NCBI GenBank assembly: GCA_039545335.1
Contig: BCIN01000001.1
Coordinates: 620,001-673,153 of the forward strand
Length of the DNA: 53,153 nt
DNA from: Kondoa subrosea
Lineage: Eukaryota
Reading direction: 5' to 3'
Below the pieces are notes generated by a model. That model saw nothing but the letters and a program-made list of their open reading frames with translations, did not search any database and had not been told where the DNA came from. The position numbers and the translations under genes are program-made. This document shows positions 48,145-53,153 of the stretch, one piece after another. The stretch's first letter is position 1, and each line of letters opens with the position of its first letter.

Positions 48145-51031
48145 ATGTGAGGTCTCCGCGCGGTGCATTGCCTTGAGCAAGCTAAAGGAAATTGAGCAGG
48201 AGCGTGAACAATGTCCAGGTTTGTTGAGTTTGCTTGTATATTGGTGCACAGCTCGCTGATTGTGCTCTGCAGAAATACGACTTCGAGAAGTTCCCTATAG
48301 AGCTCAGTCTGCGCCATTGTCTTCATTTCATTGTCATTGTGCTGACATGCATGGATTTCATCAGCTAAATTTGAGCCCATCACTTTGGACCCAAATGAGA
48401 AGAAGCTCTCTTCAGAGAAGAAGGCGCATCTGTTAGCCAACATTCAGATTATGCGTGATGCTATTATCGTATGTGTTGCATGAACTTTGGCAGTGAGATC
48501 CGCTTTGCGTATTGCATCACATACAGTTCTTCACCGCTACTGGATCAGCTCGCGGAGTTGCTGGTCACACTGGTGGACCTTTGTGAGTCTTCTAGAGGTT
48601 ATCGCATTGCGATATGTGTCTTAGAAGAACTTACAGCGACACTGTTCCGGAAGTCGCCATTTTACTAGGCTTCATTGGTAATGACCCGGAACACAAGAAG
48701 TATTGCGATATCCTCTTCGACGAAGCTGGTCACCGTGTTGCTACTCAATACCTTATCTCCGCAATCAACGGTGATCTTAACCCTGAGCAATTGCTACATT
48801 ACAGACAGGTCAGTAGTCCGCTGATAGATGAGCTCAAGTCTCATCAATGAATGCGGATTGATGACAGGCCAACTCCAAGCTACCTGGTCATCCTGAACTT
48901 GGTCTCACTCCTGGCATTCGCTTCTCTTCCGGTCGTCTAGGTCACATGTGGCCTTTGGTCAACGGTGTAGCCCTAGCAGACAAGAGCCGCTGCGTCTTCA
49001 TGCTCGGTTCAGACGGTTCTCAGCAAGAAGGTGACAATGCCGAAGCAGCTCGTTTGGCTGTCGCTCAAGGATTGAACGTCAAGCTCTTCATTGATGACAA
49101 CGATGTTACTATTGCGTACGTTAGCTTCTTACAAGTAATAACTTTCGAGTCTTACTCGCTGTTGCCATGTACAGCGGTCACCCTTCAGATTACCTCAAAG
49201 GCTACAGCGTTGGTCAAACACTTGAAGGTCATGGTCTCAAAACTCTATACGCTCAAGGAGAGAACATTGATGAGCTGTATGCTGCAATCTGCGAAGCTGT
49301 CACTACCGAAGGTCCTGTTGCCGTCATTATTAAGCGAAAAATGGCACCTGGTATCAAAGGTCAGTCGAGCGAAATTGTTTGGCTTGATGTAGCTTAAGAA
49401 TTTTCTTCGCTGGCAGGTCTCGAAGGCTCAAACCATGCTCACGATGTCAGACATTTTTAGCTCACTTCCAGACCGGATGGTATGCTGATCTAGTCTGACA
49501 GGTCGTGAAAGTGGATCCAGCCATAGCTTACCTTGAAGAGCGAAACCCTAAATGCGCTGCTATCTTGAAAGCTATTAAACCAGCCGACGACTCTTTCCTT
49601 TTCCAAGGCAGCACCAAGGAAAAGGGAGCTGTCCGAGTTCAATTCGGTGAAGCCGTTTCCGCTGTTTTGGATCGAACATCAAAGGAAGAGAACGCAAAGA
49701 GAGTGGTTTGCATCGATTCGGATTTGGAAGGTTCTACTGGTTTGAGCGTCATTCACAAGAAGCACCCTGAAGTGTAGGTCTGATTGCTGCGATGTGCTGG
49801 AAATCGGCTTGACTCGCATCGTTTTCTACAGATTTATTGGAAGCGGTATCATGGAACGAGGCAACTTCTCCGCTGCTGCTGGTTTCGGTGCTTTCCGCGC
49901 AGACAGAGTCGGTATCTTCAGGTGAGTGTTGGATAATCGTATGCAGCTGTGCATAGATGAGACGATATTCACAGTACCTTCTCTGCTTTCTTGGAAATGT
50001 GTGTTTCGGAAATCACAATGGCTCGCTTAAACGTGGGTGCTCGAGCAATCTGTCATTTCTTGACTCAGATGCCAGAAATACCTACAGTTCGCCAATGTCC
50101 TTTGCCACTTCTCGCACTCTGGTGTTGACGAGATGGCTGATAACACGTATGTCCACTTCAATAGCGCGAGATCAAGCTTATATCAGGTGCAGATGTCATT
50201 TCGGTGTTAACTCCTTCTTCGCCGATAATGGTCTAGCTGATGGCTATGAAACGCGGATGTACTTCCCCGCTGATTGCACACAAATGGATGCTGTGAGTTT
50301 TGCACCGAGAGTCAATCAGCCTGAGTTAATTGATCTTTCTTCGGGATCTACAGATCATCGACAAAGTACTTTACGACCAAGGCATGCGCTTCGTCTTCTC
50401 TACTCGATCCAAAGTACCTTGGATTCTCAAGGAAGACGGAACACGGTTCTATGACAAGGAATACAAGTTCGTACCAGGAAAAGATGAGATCATTCGTGGT
50501 GACAAGAATTCTGTTGGATGGATCATCACCTTCGGTGAACTTGTGTATCGATCTTTGGACGCTGTAGAGAAACTTCGCGCTGAAGGTCTCAATGTTGGAT
50601 TGATTAACAAGTCAAGCATCAACGTCATTGACGAAGATGCTATGAAGATGGTCGGTATGTCTAAGGCTGTCCTTGTTGCGGAATCGTGGAACCAGAAGAC
50701 TGGTTTGGTGAGTGCAAGACAAGGATGTTGTAATTTTCGCGATGCTCATCCCAATACATTTGCCTCACAGGGAAGCAAATTCGGTACATGGCTTCTCGAG
50801 CGTGGTCTCACTCCTAAGTATGGCTATATGGGGTAAGTCTTGCCGTTTGGGACTTTTCAAAATCGCTCATTTGCACTACTTCAGAACCACTCGAGAAGGC
50901 TGCGGTGGTCTTGCTGAACAGATCTATCACCAAGGTGAGCATCATCTATTTCTCTATACCTCTACTGACTCTGTGCTCTAGGTCTGGATCCAGCATCTAT
51001 CCTCACCAAGTTCAAGCAAGTGCTGGGTTGA
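48145..51031 (+). CDS. Transketolase-like thiamine-diphosphate enzyme, multi-exon
   Basis: GVAGHTGGP, DEAGHRV, KLPGHPELG..PG..FSSGRLGH, ThDP motif GSDGSQQEG...DDN, IDSDLEGSTG, GIMERGNFSAAAGF, TFSAFLEM, HFSHSG. Ends GLDPASILTKFKQVLG*. Confidence 0.92.
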
Positions 51032-51281
51032 GTTTTGCTTGGACTTTGTGATCTCAAAAAGGGTAAGGATTGGTCTGTGTAATTAGACGCGAATAGATGC
51101 AAAGTAAGGCTTTTGTTTGCCTTCGTGACAAGCTCTCATCGCGGGTGACCGGTGAAGACGCGACCTGTGCTCATTTACCTTTCGTTTTCAAACACCTCAT
51201 TGCTCTTGAACCATACCTGACTCTGCCCATACCACAGCAAAGCATACACAGCTTTATAATACCACTCACACGCTACGCGCA

Positions 51282-52670
51282 ATGCTTTCCACTCGTTTCA
51301 TCTCCTTCTTAGCTTTATGTACTTCTATTGTTCTGGCTGGTCCAGATCCATGTCTCTCTAATCCCTGCCCTACTGCACCTAAGAATACTGCTGCGAATAT
51401 CAAGTTTGTCGAATTCCCCGGAGCTTCGTACAACAGTTTGATGCAGGGAAGGTGATTCGCGCTTCTGATGCACATTTGCGGCGCTGCTGATCTCTTTGAA
51501 ATCTTCTTCTTTGTAGCTCTGGTCTGTACCATGGCTTCACCTACGCTTGGCGCCGTAAGTGCGAGGGCAAGTGTGGTGATTCCGGAAAGTAGGTCTTCCA
51601 CTTCCTGTCTGACTGTTCTGTACTGATCGTAAACGTTCAGACATCATTTCATGAGCGGTAAGCGACTTTTACTGCCCGTCGCGCTCGACTTACTTGAATG
51701 ACAGTCGTTCCAACTCGCGCTACCAATATCGCTGCTGTAGGTCTAAATAATTGCCCATTGTCTTCCGCTCATTGTTTTGAATAAATAGGCTAGCTGCTGG
51801 TGTTGCATCAAGAATCCAAAGGTTCGTAATGTCTTGCGCTTGCAAATCAGGTACTGAATTCTCGTTGATGCAGACTGGAGCTTGCTGTTAGTCCGACTCC
51901 CAAGCACAATGCAATGGCTGACAGTCATTAACAGACGATAAGAACTCACCTTACAGTTCGACTGATGTTGTTGGACGTAAGTATCTCTTCTCGTTCAGTT
52001 TCGTCTAGCTGATTTGTGCTCATGCTAGCTTACACTGTGAGTTTCGCTTTCCATTTTGACTGACCCTCTCTGATTTATGCAGCTCATGTCCGATATCGTC
52101 ATTGCTAAGATGAACCCTGCGGTCAAGGAGGTAGCAGAATCGGTTGTTGATGCTGTGGCTGTTCCAGCGTATGTCCGATTGTGGTGTGGTGCTCTATCAG
52201 CTGACCCTCGTGAGCATAGTCTCACTGTCCCTACCAAAAAGCCTACTGCTGGTAAATCGATCATGTTTCGCTGGAAAGCTCCTGCTTCTGAGATGATCGA
52301 TGCAAAGTGAGCAAGGTCTTTAGATTGCATTGCGGTACTTTTCTTGATTAATGTAGGTTTTACGCTAAATTCACTGTCGGGTCAAAGACCGCTACTGTTC
52401 TGCTTAACAAGAAGACTTTCGAGTAAGCTTCAATTCTAAGCAGTCGAATTTGTTTGATGGCAGGATAGCTGCATCGTACCCAATAACATCTATGGTTCAA
52501 AGGTCTCGGTCATCCTCTACTCTGGAGGCAACCAAAAGCCTTCCTATCAAGTTGCTGCAGGGTGACTCACACTTCCGCTTCTTTGCTATTGGACTGACAA
52601 ATGGTTGCGCAGATCTGTCAAGATTGGCAAGCCAGTGGCTAAGAGAGATCACATTGTCGGGCACTTGTGA
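51282..52670 (+). CDS. Hypothetical secreted protein, many short exons
   Basis: Signal-peptide-like MLSTRFISFLALCTSIVLA. Later exons LMSDIVIAKMNPAVKEV, LTVPTKKPTAGKSIMFRWKAP, FYAKFTVGSK and CIVPNNIYGSK are joined by canonical introns. Middle exons not resolved. Confidence 0.45.
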
Positions 52671-52799
52671 TGCGTTGGTTCGAGGACATTTTTATATTTA
52701 CGGTAATTGAGGCGCAATAAATGACTTCTTACCTTTCTTAGTCTCTTGTCTTCGTGCTGCCTTTCTCTGTTCTTCCGCATGACGTCTTCCTCTTTGTCC

Positions 52800-53153
52800 A
52801 GCAAAAGCATGGGCTCGATTGTGCGTCAAAGGGGATTCGAGACTTGCCTCATATCTTCGCGCGCTGTCTTTCTCTGTTCTTCAGCATAAGATCGTTGTGA
52901 GAAAGCTGACCAGCAAAAAGAATGGGCTTGATGTGCTTTCAATGAGACTGGAGACTTGCCTCATATCTTCGCGCTGGTCCTTCCGTTTTCAACAACCGAT
53001 CCAACTGTGAGAACCGATCCAATTGTGAGAAAGCTGACTAGCAACCAATCCAAGTGTAAGAAAGCTGACCAGCAAAAAGAATGGGCTCGATTGTGCGTCA
53101 AAGGGGATTCGAGACTTGCCTCATATCTTCGTGCTGGTCCTTCCGTTTTCAGC
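52800..53153. repeat. Complex imperfect tandem repeat array (modules of ~20-85 bp), continuing to the window end
   Basis: atgggctcgattgtgcgtcaaaggggattcgagacttgcctcatatcttcg at ~52810 and ~53081. gagacttgcctcatatcttcg occurs three times. gt(g/a)agaaagctgac(c/t)agcaa occurs three times. aacc(g/a)atccaa.tgt occurs three times. Confidence 0.9.

Noticed and set aside
52800..53153. CRISPR array
   Set aside because: Eukaryotic context, irregular modules, no unique spacers and no cas genes.

Overview
Eukaryotic fungal DNA: gene-dense, with many ~50-nt GT-AG introns (GTGAGT/GTACGT/GTGCGT donors, CTRAC/CTAAT branch points). The style suggests a basidiomycete, possibly a Pucciniomycotina yeast (inference). 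Exon structures were assembled by eye, so many boundaries are approximate. Ordinary host genes occupy 1-4.7 kb (CWF19-like, HECT E3 ligase) and 22-51 kb (FAD oxidoreductase, Vps39/Vps3-like, NIF/FCP1-like HAD protein, cytochrome c peroxidase-like, UBX, AhpC/TSA-like, Sds3-like, TPT-family transporter, membrane-DUF3431 protein, acyltransferase-3-like, Rho3-like GTPase, transketolase-like). The interval ~4.8-21.5 kb looks accessory. It holds an HNH-like gene bracketed by diverged ~95-bp direct repeats, a 5'-truncated amino-acid permease, two divergent orphan genes (one with a weak tyrosine-recombinase-like pattern), and two decayed host-type pseudogenes (a Gln/Gly-rich protein and a 3'-truncated plasma-membrane H+-ATPase). 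These alternate with a standalone JmjC-like gene and a divergent Set9-like SET gene. The best candidate for a novel system is this gene-capturing island carrying a methylation writer/eraser-like pair. A second candidate is a three-gene glycan synthesis/acylation cluster at 39-46.4 kb. A complex repeat array ends the window.
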